From an uncultured Candidatus Saccharibacteria bacterium (GTDB taxonomy: Bacteria > Patescibacteriota > Minisyncoccia > Phycocordibacterales > UBA9973), in NCBI GenBank assembly GCA_964496425.1, contig CAZBZO010000002.1, positions 130,450-194,449 of the forward strand: DNA of 64,000 nucleotides. The letters run 5' to 3'. Made by a program: the position numbers and the translations under genes. Below the pieces are notes generated by a model, which was given only the letters and a program-made list of their open reading frames with translations, searched no databases and had not been told where the DNA came from. Positions within the stretch are counted from its first letter, which is position 1, and each line of letters starts with the position of its first letter. Below are positions 28,545 through 38,159 of this stretch, piece after piece.

Positions 28545-29807
28545 TTATTTTTGCGATCGTGTCGCAGCCTTACCAGCTACATATCCGGTGGTCCAACAGA
28601 GTTGGAGTGATTGTCCTCCGGTCGGACGATTGATATGGAGCAGGTCCCCGGTAATAAACAAATTTTTGATTAGTTTTGATTGCATCGTCCTTGTATCAAT
28701 TTCGGTAAGTGTCACTCCCCCGTCCGCGACTACGGCACGGTCATATCCCATCAAATCCGTGATCGTAAGCGGTAGTGCTTTCAAAAGGTGTACGATCCGT
28801 TTTCGTTCTTCTTTGGTAATGCTATGAACTTTCTTGGTAAAATCCATATCCGACAAAAGCATAGCTATACCTTTAGTGGTGCCAGCAGGTACAATTTCTT
28901 TCAAAACGGTATGCAAAATCTTATTTTTATTGGAATCAAAAATCTTAATGATACGTGCTTCAAGCAGCGAAAAATCCGTATCAGGAAAAGCGTCAATGTG
29001 TGCTTCTACCGTGCCGTGCCGCAAAAGTTCCCCGACCGCTCCTGCGCTATTTAAAATAAGCGGACCCGAGAGGCCAAAGTGTGTAAAAAGGATTTTACCT
29101 TTTTTGGAAAACTGTTTCTTTCCGTCGAGGAAAAAAGTAATCTTCATGAAGGTAAGCGACACTCCAGCCAAAATTTTGATCCATGCATCTTCTACGGCAA
29201 GTGGAACGATTGTTGGTGTCGGATTCTTGACGGTATGGCCAAGCTCTCGAAGCCAGGCAAATCCGTCACCGGTTGAGCCCGTTTCCGGATGTGACATGCC
29301 GCCGGTGGCGAGAATATACGAGCGAGCGCTTAAAATACCATCTCTGGTTTCCACACCGAGAATATTCTTTTTATCGTGAAGTATTTTTTTGACCGTACTA
29401 TTTACTTTCACCACTACTTTATTTTTCTGCAAATCCTTCTCTAATACTTTGTACACGTCGAGTGCTTTTTCTGTATGAGGGAACACTCGCTCGCGAGCTT
29501 GCACGACAAGCGGCAGTCCACGGGATTCAAAATAAGAAAATGTCTCTGTAACCCCAAATTGCGAAAAAGCAGAATAGAGAAAATCCTCCGCCGGTCCGAA
29601 ATATTTGAGAAACGACCGCGTATTGTATTCAGCGTGCGTAATATTGCACCTGCCTCCACCCGTGATCTTAAGTTTTTCGCCTAGGGTTTTATTTTTTTCA
29701 AGCAAAAGCACTCGTCCGCCACCGTGCGCAGCAGTTGCTGCCGCCATCATGCCGGAGGCGCCGCCGCCGATCACAATACAATCATATATGTCGCTTGCTG
29801 TTTTCAT
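28545..29807 (-). CDS. FAD-dependent oxidoreductase, HI0933/YhiN-like flavoprotein
   Basis: GxGxxG motif YDCIVIGGGASGMMAA and the hallmark GGGRCNITH. 420 aa. Confidence 0.75.
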   Translation of the reverse strand: MKTASDIYDCIVIGGGASGMMAAATAAHGGGRVLLLEKNKTLGEKLKITGGGRCNITHAEYNTRSFLKYFGPAEDFLYSAFSQFGVTETFSYFESRGLPLVVQARERVFPHTEKALDVYKVLEKDLQKNKVVVKVNSTVKKILHDKKNILGVETRDGILSARSYILATGGMSHPETGSTGDGFAWLRELGHTVKNPTPTIVPLAVEDAWIKILAGVSLTFMKITFFLDGKKQFSKKGKILFTHFGLSGPLILNSAGAVGELLRHGTVEAHIDAFPDTDFSLLEARIIKIFDSNKNKILHTVLKEIVPAGTTKGIAMLLSDMDFTKKVHSITKEERKRIVHLLKALPLTITDLMGYDRAVVADGGVTLTEIDTRTMQSKLIKNLFITGDLLHINRPTGGQSLQLCWTTGYVAGKAATRSQK

Positions 29808-31289
29808 TTATTTTTCCAGATCCAATATTTCATCGATCCGGATTTGTTTGACGAATTCAGGCACGTGAGAAACCAAAATCATCGCTCCTTGATAGCTGTC
29901 TAAGGCTTCCGCTATGACGGGCAAATGACGAAAGTTGATGTGGTTGGTCGGTTCATCCAAGATAAGTAGTCCTGGCCGCTCGAGTACCAGCCCTGCAAAT
30001 GCCACAAGACCTTTCTGGCCTTCAGAAAGAGTACCGATTTTACTTCTCATGAGCTCACCGGTAATAAGAAACCCAGCAGCGATGGAACGGAGACTCTCTT
30101 CAATGACTTTGCCTCCTGCGGCTTTCATCGAGCCTGCCAAGGAATCAAATACAGTATCTTCAAAATTGAGTGTAGAAAAATCCTGTCGATAATAACCAAC
30201 ACGAATGCCGTCTGCAATTTTTGAACCCGAGGCAAATCCTTTGGCGATAGATTCGAGCAACGTGCTTTTCCCAATGCCGTTAGGACCTGCAAGCAGAAGG
30301 TGTTGTTTTTTCTTAAGCGATATATGAGCTTTTTTGACTGTTGGAATATGATTGTGAAGAACAGAAAAAGAGTTGATCCCTAAGATTTCGCCGACGATAT
30401 CTTCCTGTACGGGAATAGTAAACGGCCGAATAACTTTGTCCTCTCTTCGCACATCTACTTTTTCTTCTTCAAGCTCAATTGCTTTCTCCCGCATCCGTTT
30501 TGCTACTAGACGCATTTGCCCGCCCTTAAATGCAAACTGGTTGGCTTTATCCTTTTTTGCCTGAATTTCTTTTGCCAGCTGAGCATTTTTCATATTTTCA
30601 CGCTCCACGCGAGCAGTAATCTGCTTTATCACATCAAAATAGTTGCCAACATACTGTTCGATTTTTTTTGTATACACATCGAGATAGAGCACCCCTTCAG
30701 TAAATGAATTCAAAAAGTCAGCATCGTGAGAAATCACAATAAATGTCTTAGTATATTTTTTGAGGAAGTCAGTGAGGTGGGCAATGCCCGCTTTGTCGAG
30801 GTTATTCGTTGGCTCATCAAGCAAAAGCAAGTCAGGATTTTGAATAATAGCTGACGCCAAGAGAAGCCGGGCTTGCTGTCCGCCTGAAAATGTTTTGACG
30901 ATCCGGTCATGAACCTTCGTATGACCTTTTAAGTTTACGATTTCCAAGACTTCATCAATACGTGGATCAATATCATATATCTTTTCTTTAAATGATGCTT
31001 GGAAAAATTCTCGTACCGTGAGATCCATGTGCTCACGGGGTATCACTTGCTTGGCAATAGCCACACTTGCCCTCTGGCTGGTATGAATTTGTCCGGCCTC
31101 TGGCTTTGACTGGCCGGTAATAAGAGAAAATATTGTACTTTTACCTGCACCGTTTTGTCCCATAAGCGTAATCTTTGATCCCCGGCGCACAGAAAAATCC
31201 ACACTATCTAAAATAGGCTTGTTGTGTCCATGCTCAAACGATACGCCCTCAAAGCGCAAAATCACGTCCGTATTTGACATTGTGGCCAT
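29808..31289 (-). CDS. ABC-F family ATPase (tandem ABC domains, no TMD)
   Basis: Two Walker A sites (GQNGAGKST and GPNGIGKST), two LSGGQ-like signatures and an interdomain linker. 493 aa. Confidence 0.8.
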   Translation of the reverse strand: MATMSNTDVILRFEGVSFEHGHNKPILDSVDFSVRRGSKITLMGQNGAGKSTIFSLITGQSKPEAGQIHTSQRASVAIAKQVIPREHMDLTVREFFQASFKEKIYDIDPRIDEVLEIVNLKGHTKVHDRIVKTFSGGQQARLLLASAIIQNPDLLLLDEPTNNLDKAGIAHLTDFLKKYTKTFIVISHDADFLNSFTEGVLYLDVYTKKIEQYVGNYFDVIKQITARVERENMKNAQLAKEIQAKKDKANQFAFKGGQMRLVAKRMREKAIELEEEKVDVRREDKVIRPFTIPVQEDIVGEILGINSFSVLHNHIPTVKKAHISLKKKQHLLLAGPNGIGKSTLLESIAKGFASGSKIADGIRVGYYRQDFSTLNFEDTVFDSLAGSMKAAGGKVIEESLRSIAAGFLITGELMRSKIGTLSEGQKGLVAFAGLVLERPGLLILDEPTNHINFRHLPVIAEALDSYQGAMILVSHVPEFVKQIRIDEILDLEK

Positions 31290-31464
31290 ATAGTAGCACG
31301 TTTTTCCAGATTGGCTTAATTATCAATCATATGGCTTGTAAAAGCATTGACAAATAGTTCAAAAGTGCTATACTTCTAGTACAAATAGAAGTTGTCGCTC
31401 GAAAATAGTCGATTTTAGGAAACATCTCACTTTTTGTCTTAATCATCTAAACAAACACAATCTT

Positions 31465-31662
31465 ATGACTGGAACAATCAAAAAACTCACTGACAAAGGT
31501 TTTGGCTTCATCACTGGAGAAGGTCTTGCGAAAGATTTATTCTTTCACTCAAACTCTCTCGTTGGTGTAGACTTCGCAGAACTCCGCGAAGGCGATGCTG
31601 TCTCTTTTGACACTGAAGAAACCCAAAAAGGTCCTGCCGCTGTAAACGTACAACGCGCATAA
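31465..31662 (+). CDS. cspA: Cold-shock protein (CspA family)
   Basis: MTGTIKKLTDKGFGFI (RNP1) ...VFFH (RNP2). 65 aa. Confidence 0.9.
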   Translation: MTGTIKKLTDKGFGFITGEGLAKDLFFHSNSLVGVDFAELREGDAVSFDTEETQKGPAAVNVQRA

Positions 31663-31669
31663 CTTTTTC

Positions 31670-31702
31670 AAAAACACCCCGACTTCGGTCGGGGTGTTTT
31701 TG
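31670..31702. terminator. Bidirectional terminator with a UUCG tetraloop
   Basis: aaaaaCACCCCGACttcgGTCGGGGTGtttttg. Confidence 0.8.
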
Positions 31703-31721
31703 TTTGGGTCTATAGTACGTA

Positions 31722-32267
31722 TTATGAATTCTTTTCTAAAAGCCGAGCAAACTTTTCTTGAACTTTGGCGACTTTCGGAGATACAACAATCTGGCAATAG
31801 CCTTTCTCTGGATTTTTGGCAAAATAGTTCTGATGGTATTCTTCGGCCGGATAAAAAGTCGGAAGTAGAGTAACTTCGGTCACGACAGTATCACCTTCTT
31901 TGGTAGATGTATCAACTTCGCGTATAAAATCAAGAGCAATTTTTTTCTGCTCTTCTGTCGTATAAAATATTACTGATCGATATTGCGTACCAGTATCATT
32001 ACCTTGACGATTTGGCGTCGTCGGATCATGAGTAGCAAAAAATACCGTTAGTAAATCTTCTATCTTGATTTCTGCCGGATCGTATTCTATTTTTGTCACT
32101 TCCGCATGCCCTGTCGTACCCGAACACACTGATTCATAGGTTGGGTCAGGCACCGTCCCGCCAGTGTAGCCTGGCATCACACTTTTCACCCCGCGAAGCA
32201 TTTTAAAGACTGCCTCTGTGCACCAGAAGCACCCGCCGCCAAGTACAATAGTTTCAATCTTATTCAT
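31722..32267 (-). CDS. msrA: Peptide methionine sulfoxide reductase MsrA
   Basis: GGGCFWCTEAVF active-site motif. 181 aa. Confidence 0.9.
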   Translation of the reverse strand: MNKIETIVLGGGCFWCTEAVFKMLRGVKSVMPGYTGGTVPDPTYESVCSGTTGHAEVTKIEYDPAEIKIEDLLTVFFATHDPTTPNRQGNDTGTQYRSVIFYTTEEQKKIALDFIREVDTSTKEGDTVVTEVTLLPTFYPAEEYHQNYFAKNPEKGYCQIVVSPKVAKVQEKFARLLEKNS

Positions 32268-32360
32268 AAGTATATAAAAGGATTAATTATAATTTTCTAA
32301 TCTTAGGCCTACGTAGCAGCGATTACATCATGCTCGTTTTTAAAATTTTACCATGAAAAC

Positions 32361-32387
32361 AAAAACTCCGGCATGACCGGAGTTTTT
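32361..32387 (-). terminator. Rho-independent terminator
   Basis: aaaaaCTCCGGcatgaCCGGAGttttt. Confidence 0.7.
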
Positions 32388-32405
32388 GTTTTGAATGATA
32401 TTTTA

Positions 32406-32933
32406 TTAGCAAACAAAATATCCGTTCATGTAACAGTTGCTTGTATTTGAGTACGGAGCACTCGATGGTCCATAGTAAGTATTTGGATTTGTGTATGTCG
32501 TAGGATTGTAATACGCCGCATTACTGTAGTAGGAATTGTAGGCGTTGCTTGGATAATATGGGTTAAACGAACTCGTTGTAGACGAGCAGTTATACGTACA
32601 GGTAGTTTGGTACGGAATGTATGGAGGAGTACTGTAGTATGGTTGAGTGCCGTAGCCACCATTGTTGATATAGTACGAATTTCCACCTGTGCTGTAGTAC
32701 GGATTGCCCATGCCGTATGAAGTATTACCATACGGGTTATAATACGAACTACTTGAAGAATAATACGGACTTTGTGAATAGTACGGATACGAAGAGTAAT
32801 ACGGATCTGTATATCCTTGAGAACCGACCGAAAAACCAACATCGAAGCCGAAGCCTACTTGAGCGGAGGCGGTGCCTGCGCTAAAGAGGCAAACAATGGC
32901 TACAAATACTGCAATAAAGTGATATTTATTCAT
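32406..32933 (-). CDS. Secreted Tyr/Ser/Asn/Pro-rich low-complexity protein
   Basis: Signal peptide MNKYHFIAVFVAIVCLFSAGTASA, then about 150 aa dominated by YY, PYY and SYY repeats. Cysteines only near the C-terminus. Confidence 0.55.
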   Translation of the reverse strand: MNKYHFIAVFVAIVCLFSAGTASAQVGFGFDVGFSVGSQGYTDPYYSSYPYYSQSPYYSSSSSYYNPYGNTSYGMGNPYYSTGGNSYYINNGGYGTQPYYSTPPYIPYQTTCTYNCSSTTSSFNPYYPSNAYNSYYSNAAYYNPTTYTNPNTYYGPSSAPYSNTSNCYMNGYFVC

Positions 32934-33027
32934 GTTTTATTTGTTTTCTTATAATTACTCGACTAATTGTTTCCATATTATACATTATACGAACAAATTT
33001 GTCTAGTGTGACGGGCTTGGTCGCAAT

Positions 33028-34935
33028 TTACTGAGTTTGTCCTTCTGGTGGGGTTTCGCCTGTCTCCGCGTCTCGGATCGGACCTTGCTCGCCCGCTGGT
33101 GTCGTATCAGCGGCTGGTTGCGCTCCATCGCCTCCCGCTTTTTGCATGGCCTCGCCAATTTTTGACATTTCATTTGAAAGTTCTTCAGTCGCTTTTTTTA
33201 TTGCTTCCATATCACTTCCTTCTTTGGCTGTTTTGAGTGCAGTGATTTTGGCATTGACTCCATCTTTTACTTCAGTTGGAATTTTAGCATCGTTATCTTT
33301 AAGAGCTTTTTCTGCTGTGAAGATGACCATATCAGCAGTATTTTTTGCGTCTATGACATCTTTTTTCTTTTTGTCTTCGTCAGCATGAATTTCGGCATCG
33401 CGCTGCATTTTTTCTATTTCTTCTTTAGAAAGTCCGCTTGAGGCTTCGATGCGAATGGATTGTTCCTTGCCAGACGCTTTATCTTTAGCTTTAACATTCA
33501 AAATACCGTTGGCATCCACATCGAATGTGACTTCGACTTGCGGCATGCCCCGTGGTGCTGGTGGAATACCGTCGAGAATAAATCGTCCCAAAGATTTGTT
33601 ATCTCCTGCCATTGGTCGCTCGCCTTGGGTAATGTGAATCTCAACAGATGTTTGATTGTCAGCAGCAGTAGAAAATACCTGCGACTTCGATGATGGAATG
33701 GTCGTATTTTTCTCTACGAGCTTTGTTGCCACACCACCGAGGGTTTCAATACCAAGTGAAAGTGGAATGACATCAAGCAAGAGCACGTCGCGTACATCGC
33801 CCTTGAGCACGCCACCTTGCACCGCTGCACCAAGCGCTACGACTTCATCGGGATTGACTCCCATGTGTGGATCGCGACCGAAGAAGGCTTTCACGGCAGC
33901 TTGAAGCGCTGGCATACGAGTCTGTCCACCAACAAGAATTACTTCATTTATTTCCCCCACCTTAAACGGTGACGCTTCTACGGCACGCTTGGTGATAGTC
34001 ATCGCGCGATCGATAAATTCACGACAGATTTCTTCGAGCTCAGCACGCTGCATAGTTCGTACGAGGTGAAGCGGGCCAGCGTCACTTGAAGTGATAAATG
34101 GAATATTGATTTCTGTTTGCACAGCAGTCGAAAGCTCGATCTTGGCTTTTTCGGCGGCATCATCGAGACGTTGACGAGCGAGCGGATCTTTGCGAAGATC
34201 AATACCATTTTCCTTTTGGAATCCGTCAGCGATCCAGTCCATGATCTTCTGGTCGATATCCTTACCGCCCAAATGACTGTCACCATCGGTTGACTTCACT
34301 TCGATGACATCGTCACCAACCTCAAGTACGGACACATCGAAGGTACCGCCACCGAAGTCAAAGACTGCGATTTTTTCATTTTTGTTTTTATTAAATCCAT
34401 AGGCAAGAGCTGCTGCAGTCGGCTCGTTGATGATACGCATGACGTCAAGGCCAGCAATCTTACCAGCATCCTTAGTCGCTTGGCGTTGAGCATCGTTAAA
34501 ATATGCAGGCACGGTGATGACCGCTTCAGTAATCTTCTCACCAATCTTCGCTTCTGCATCAGCTTTCAACTTCTGCAGTATCATCGCAGACATTTCTTCC
34601 GGACGCTTCCATTCATCACCAAACTTTACTTCAATGCCTCCGTTGTCGCTTTTGCGCACTTCAAACGGTACAGACTTAATATCTTTTTGCACATCAGCTT
34701 CGTCAAAGGTGTGGCCGATAAAACGCTTGATCTGATAGATGGTGTTTTTCGGATTGGTAACACTTTGACGCTTTGCTACGACTCCCACAAGACGCTCACC
34801 TGTTTTTGAAAGTGCAACGATCGATGGCGTGGTGCGCATGCCTTCTGCGTTTTCAATTATTTTTGGCACTCCGCCTTCAATGATGGCAACAGCGCTATTT
34901 GTTGTACCCAAATCGATTCCAATTATTTTTGACAT
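33028..34935 (-). CDS. dnaK: Chaperone DnaK (Hsp70)
   Basis: [21 protein letters not shown] and the full NBD plus SBD. 635 aa. Confidence 0.95.
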   Translation of the reverse strand: MSKIIGIDLGTTNSAVAIIEGGVPKIIENAEGMRTTPSIVALSKTGERLVGVVAKRQSVTNPKNTIYQIKRFIGHTFDEADVQKDIKSVPFEVRKSDNGGIEVKFGDEWKRPEEMSAMILQKLKADAEAKIGEKITEAVITVPAYFNDAQRQATKDAGKIAGLDVMRIINEPTAAALAYGFNKNKNEKIAVFDFGGGTFDVSVLEVGDDVIEVKSTDGDSHLGGKDIDQKIMDWIADGFQKENGIDLRKDPLARQRLDDAAEKAKIELSTAVQTEINIPFITSSDAGPLHLVRTMQRAELEEICREFIDRAMTITKRAVEASPFKVGEINEVILVGGQTRMPALQAAVKAFFGRDPHMGVNPDEVVALGAAVQGGVLKGDVRDVLLLDVIPLSLGIETLGGVATKLVEKNTTIPSSKSQVFSTAADNQTSVEIHITQGERPMAGDNKSLGRFILDGIPPAPRGMPQVEVTFDVDANGILNVKAKDKASGKEQSIRIEASSGLSKEEIEKMQRDAEIHADEDKKKKDVIDAKNTADMVIFTAEKALKDNDAKIPTEVKDGVNAKITALKTAKEGSDMEAIKKATEELSNEMSKIGEAMQKAGGDGAQPAADTTPAGEQGPIRDAETGETPPEGQTQ

Positions 34936-35013
34936 ATGTTTTCTTTGGCACGCCGAAGCTTTAGCGTAGGCGGCATAATTAATTATAATTTAATAAATTT
35001 AAATATTGACTAT

Positions 35014-35032
35014 CATTTCGCGACCGCGAAAT
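35014..35032. promoter_or_regulatory. Palindromic operator candidate in the divergent regulator/dnaK intergenic region
   Basis: cATTTCGCGacCGCGAAATa: perfect 8-bp arms with a 2-nt spacer, flanked by TTGACT (35006-35011) and TATAAT (35038-43). No CIRCE element is present. Confidence 0.4.
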
Positions 35033-35069
35033 ACTTGTATAATATTAATATACTTGATAACATATTGGT

Positions 35070-35603
35070 ATGTCAAGTAAAAATGACTTTTCTAAGAGAA
35101 TATTAAAGATTTTAGGTCAAAAAACGGCTGTTTCTGTGTCTGAACTTACAAAGAGCATAGTTCCCAAGGAAACGTCCCAAAAGCCCGTCTATGCCGTAAA
35201 TAGAGCCTTAAAGAACCTTTCTGAAGCTGGGTTAGTCGAATCTTTGCCTTCCGGCCAAGGCCAATACGCTCGCCTGACCAAGTCTGGACGGGCCAGAGCC
35301 AACAACCTAAAACTTGAATCTAAAAACTCATTGGTGAACCCTGCCTGGGACGGCAAATGGCGCATTATTCTCCTTGATCTCCCTGAAAGCCGCAAGGCCG
35401 AGCGCGAATCGTTACGATACCTCCTTAAAAAAGCGGGCTTCGTCCTCCTCAAAAATTCTGCCTGGATCTCTCCCTACCCCTTCGAGCATCTTTTTGGAAA
35501 TATCAAACAAGATTTAAATTTGACCAACGAAATGATGATCATTATTACAGACACACTCGATAAAACCACTGAAGATTTATTTCTAAAAAGTTTCCATGCA
35601 TAA
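35070..35603 (+). CDS. Winged-helix transcriptional regulator, PaaX-like
   Basis: The C-terminal pattern WDGKWRIILLDLPESRKAERESLRYLLKKAGFVLLKNSAWISPYP resembles the PaaX family. The N-terminus is a wHTH. 177 aa. Confidence 0.5.
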   Translation: MSSKNDFSKRILKILGQKTAVSVSELTKSIVPKETSQKPVYAVNRALKNLSEAGLVESLPSGQGQYARLTKSGRARANNLKLESKNSLVNPAWDGKWRIILLDLPESRKAERESLRYLLKKAGFVLLKNSAWISPYPFEHLFGNIKQDLNLTNEMMIIITDTLDKTTEDLFLKSFHA

Positions 35604-35672
35604 AAAAGATTTACCCCGCTGTGAGCTGAGTGTGTTTTTGACACGAGGATCTACGGCCGGGGCCTCGGCCTT

Positions 35673-35762
35673 TCAACTGAGATGATGATTGTAGTAACTG
35701 ATTCTATCGACGAAGAAACTGAAAAAGTTTTTCTTGGATTATCCAGCATGCAAACAAAATAA
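35673..35762 (+). pseudogene. Degenerate duplicate of the 3' end of the upstream regulator gene
   Basis: Translates to STEMMIVVTDSIDEETEKVFLGLSSMQTK*, parallel to the regulator's C-terminus TNEMMIIITDTLDKTTEDLFLKSFHA*. The nucleotide similarity is visible. Confidence 0.4.
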
Positions 35763-35809
35763 AAAACTGGAAAATAAAATTATCCCGGTTCTTAATGATC
35801 TTTAACACT

Positions 35810-36280
35810 TTATTGTGGTTGTTCAACACTGTAATCTGTAGCGCTTTTACCAAGAACAAAAATCGAAGTACTTAAAGGTACATAATTACGACTCATTCTC
35901 ACTTTAAAGGAGTAGAATTGTGGCGTAGCTCCTGTACATCTTAACTGCACAGCACCATTTAGTTCATATCCCTTTAAATCAAAAAACTGAGAAAATTTTA
36001 ATACGTTTCCGCAATTGTCAGGAATATTAAATATAATCAGTTTCCAGGGTTTTTCCAGGTGCTGATTCCAGAATAAGTAAGGGGTTCCATCAACTGATAC
36101 TACTAAAAATCGAGCTAGTTCGTACCTAAATGGCTTGCCACCTATTGGAATAGTTTTACCTAAAACGGGTGTATTGTTTTCATACAGAATCCCCACCCCA
36201 CTATCTGTGTAATGAATAGACTTTTGTGCTGATAGTTTTAATGAAAAAAGAATGCTGAGTAACAGTAGTATGGTTTTCAT
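35810..36280 (-). CDS. Secreted hypothetical protein
   Basis: Signal peptide MKTILLLLSILFSLKLSA. 156 aa. Confidence 0.5.
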   Translation of the reverse strand: MKTILLLLSILFSLKLSAQKSIHYTDSGVGILYENNTPVLGKTIPIGGKPFRYELARFLVVSVDGTPYLFWNQHLEKPWKLIIFNIPDNCGNVLKFSQFFDLKGYELNGAVQLRCTGATPQFYSFKVRMSRNYVPLSTSIFVLGKSATDYSVEQPQ

Positions 36281-36322
36281 GGTAGTTTTTTTGATACTCT
36301 ACCATATTTATCTAAAATTCAA

Positions 36323-36901
36323 TTACTTGTTTTCAAACACTTTCACACGTGCAGGTCGGATGATCCGGTCAGAGGTTTTGTAACCTTTTTGGACCACCTT
36401 GGCGATCATGCCGTCTTGTGACTTTTCTTCGGTTGGTACTGTATCGATAGCCTCATGGGTATTGGAATCCACTGGCTCCCCTTCAGCCGGTGCGATCTCA
36501 GTGACTCCATATTCTGCAAGCACTTTCAAAAGCTGAGCGTGAATGTATTCCACGCCACTCCTCCAGCTTTTATCTACCTTCTCCCAAGCCTCTTTGTTGG
36601 AAAATGCCATATCGTAGGCATCGAGTACTGGCAAGAGCTCTTCGATAAATTGTTCACGAGCGACTTCACCGGTGCGCTTCAATCGTGCACCTTCATCTTT
36701 TTTATAATTTTGAAAATCCGCTCGCTCACGCTGCCAGTTGGTCAGATATTCGAGTTTTTCTGCCCGAGCTTCTTTGACGTCTTTGCGGAGCTTTTTGAGC
36801 GTGGCCTTGATGTCTTCTTCCCCATCGTCATTGAATACAAATTCCACCACATCGTCTTCCTCTTCAGGAATCATTTCTTCCTTTTTTTCTTCATCTTGCA
36901 T
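36323..36901 (-). CDS. grpE: Nucleotide exchange factor GrpE
   Basis: Acidic N-terminus, coiled coil, LLPVLDAYDMAF and the C-terminal beta domain. 192 aa. Confidence 0.8.
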   Translation of the reverse strand: MQDEEKKEEMIPEEEDDVVEFVFNDDGEEDIKATLKKLRKDVKEARAEKLEYLTNWQRERADFQNYKKDEGARLKRTGEVAREQFIEELLPVLDAYDMAFSNKEAWEKVDKSWRSGVEYIHAQLLKVLAEYGVTEIAPAEGEPVDSNTHEAIDTVPTEEKSQDGMIAKVVQKGYKTSDRIIRPARVKVFENK

Positions 36902-36937
36902 GCGCGCATTTTAACATACCAAGCCGGTTTCGTAAAT

Positions 36938-37459
36938 TTAATATTTTCTCGAATCATAGGCCCAATGCAAGAGCGCCTGGCGCTGGCGAGGACGACAGTG
37001 AATATCTCCTGGCCGGCAATGCGCCCGTATCTGGCCGATATGTCTGCGAATCGCCTTCCACCGCTGTATCTGCTTTGTATCCTCCCGTGGCAAACGCCGT
37101 CCCATATAGTAGCGGCAATACCATTCAAACCAGCCATGTGGGTCATCTTTCCCGATCCAGCCTTTACGCTGCCACTCTGCAAGTGACTGACTCGCAAGAA
37201 CGCCAAAGAAATTATTTTCTTTATGCTGTATATTGTCTGGTGAAAGTTTTACCCGTCGCCACCACGACGCTGGATATTCTTTTGGCTTCAAATTATTTTC
37301 ACCGATAAAATATGCGCCGCCAAACACTCCGAGTGCAAGCATTTCTTTTGGCGATAGGTCGGGCTTGAATTCTGAATCAAAATTTTTACCCATCGGCTCG
37401 GTATTGCTATACGAATACTTTTTTTGAAAATTATTATGTACGCGAATAGTATTGTTCAT
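36938..37459 (-). CDS. Hypothetical protein, W/R/H-rich
   Basis: ORF ending 36 nt upstream of grpE. Contains HGWFEWYCRYYMGRR. The likely start is MNNTIRV. Confidence 0.4.
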   Translation of the reverse strand: MNNTIRVHNNFQKKYSYSNTEPMGKNFDSEFKPDLSPKEMLALGVFGGAYFIGENNLKPKEYPASWWRRVKLSPDNIQHKENNFFGVLASQSLAEWQRKGWIGKDDPHGWFEWYCRYYMGRRLPREDTKQIQRWKAIRRHIGQIRAHCRPGDIHCRPRQRQALLHWAYDSRKY

Positions 37460-37525
37460 GCCGCCATCATACCATAGCAAAACACGCATCAATATGATGC
37501 GTGTTTTGTAAAACTAATTAAACAG

Positions 37526-38041
37526 TTAGGCGCTAACGTACTCTCGTACTTCTTTGGCACCTGTTTTAAGAAATATATCTTTTGTGATGAGCGTGGATGT
37601 TCGTGCAATGACAAGCACGTCTCCAGCACGTACGAATGATTCGTAGAGATTTGCATCAGTATCACTGACACCAAGTCCTCCTAAAGCGCCGATCAATCCT
37701 CCTGCAGCGGCTCCAGTCGCAGCTCCTGCTACAGTAGCAGCAGCTGCGCCGGTAAAACCAAGTGCAGTAGCAAGTGGTCCAGCTACAAATAATGTTCCCA
37801 AGCCTGGCAATATGCCGTTGGCGACAACAAGTCCAGCTATTGCGCCGAGTACTGCACCCGTGGTTACTCCAGTCGCAGCACCCGCGCCAACCTTATCTCC
37901 CGTTTTGGCATCTGCAATGTCCCCGCTTGCATTCATGTAGACGTACGAAAGATCCACATCTTCAATTCCTGTCGCTTTAAGCTCGTTGATAGCCTTCGCT
38001 GCTCCCTCATGTGTAGTATAAACTCCAAGTGTTGTATGCAT
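37526..38041 (-). CDS. Glycine-zipper membrane protein (general-stress/DUF1269-like)
   Basis: Long GAxxG/AxxxA glycine-zipper stretch (GAAATGVTTGAVLGAIAGL...AAGGLIGALGGLG) flanked by soluble segments. 171 aa. Confidence 0.45.
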   Translation of the reverse strand: MHTTLGVYTTHEGAAKAINELKATGIEDVDLSYVYMNASGDIADAKTGDKVGAGAATGVTTGAVLGAIAGLVVANGILPGLGTLFVAGPLATALGFTGAAAATVAGAATGAAAGGLIGALGGLGVSDTDANLYESFVRAGDVLVIARTSTLITKDIFLKTGAKEVREYVSA

Positions 38042-38114
38042 AAATTAAATAAAAAACTTAGGTGAATAATCTTATCCGACACTTAGAATGACGAATGAAC
38101 ATTCATTTCGTGAT

Positions 38115-38146
38115 GAAAAAACACCTGGACAATCCAGGTGTTTTTT
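38115..38146 (-). terminator. Rho-independent terminator downstream of rpsI
   Basis: aaaaaaCACCTGGacaatCCAGGTGtttttt. Confidence 0.75.
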
Positions 38147-38159
38147 GTTGATGTATATA

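Noticed and set aside
35006-35043. TTGACT...TATAAT read as a single sigma70 promoter
   Set aside because: The spacer between the hexamers is 26 nt, against the canonical 16-18, so they cannot act as one promoter. The elements more likely belong to two divergent promoters with the palindrome between them.
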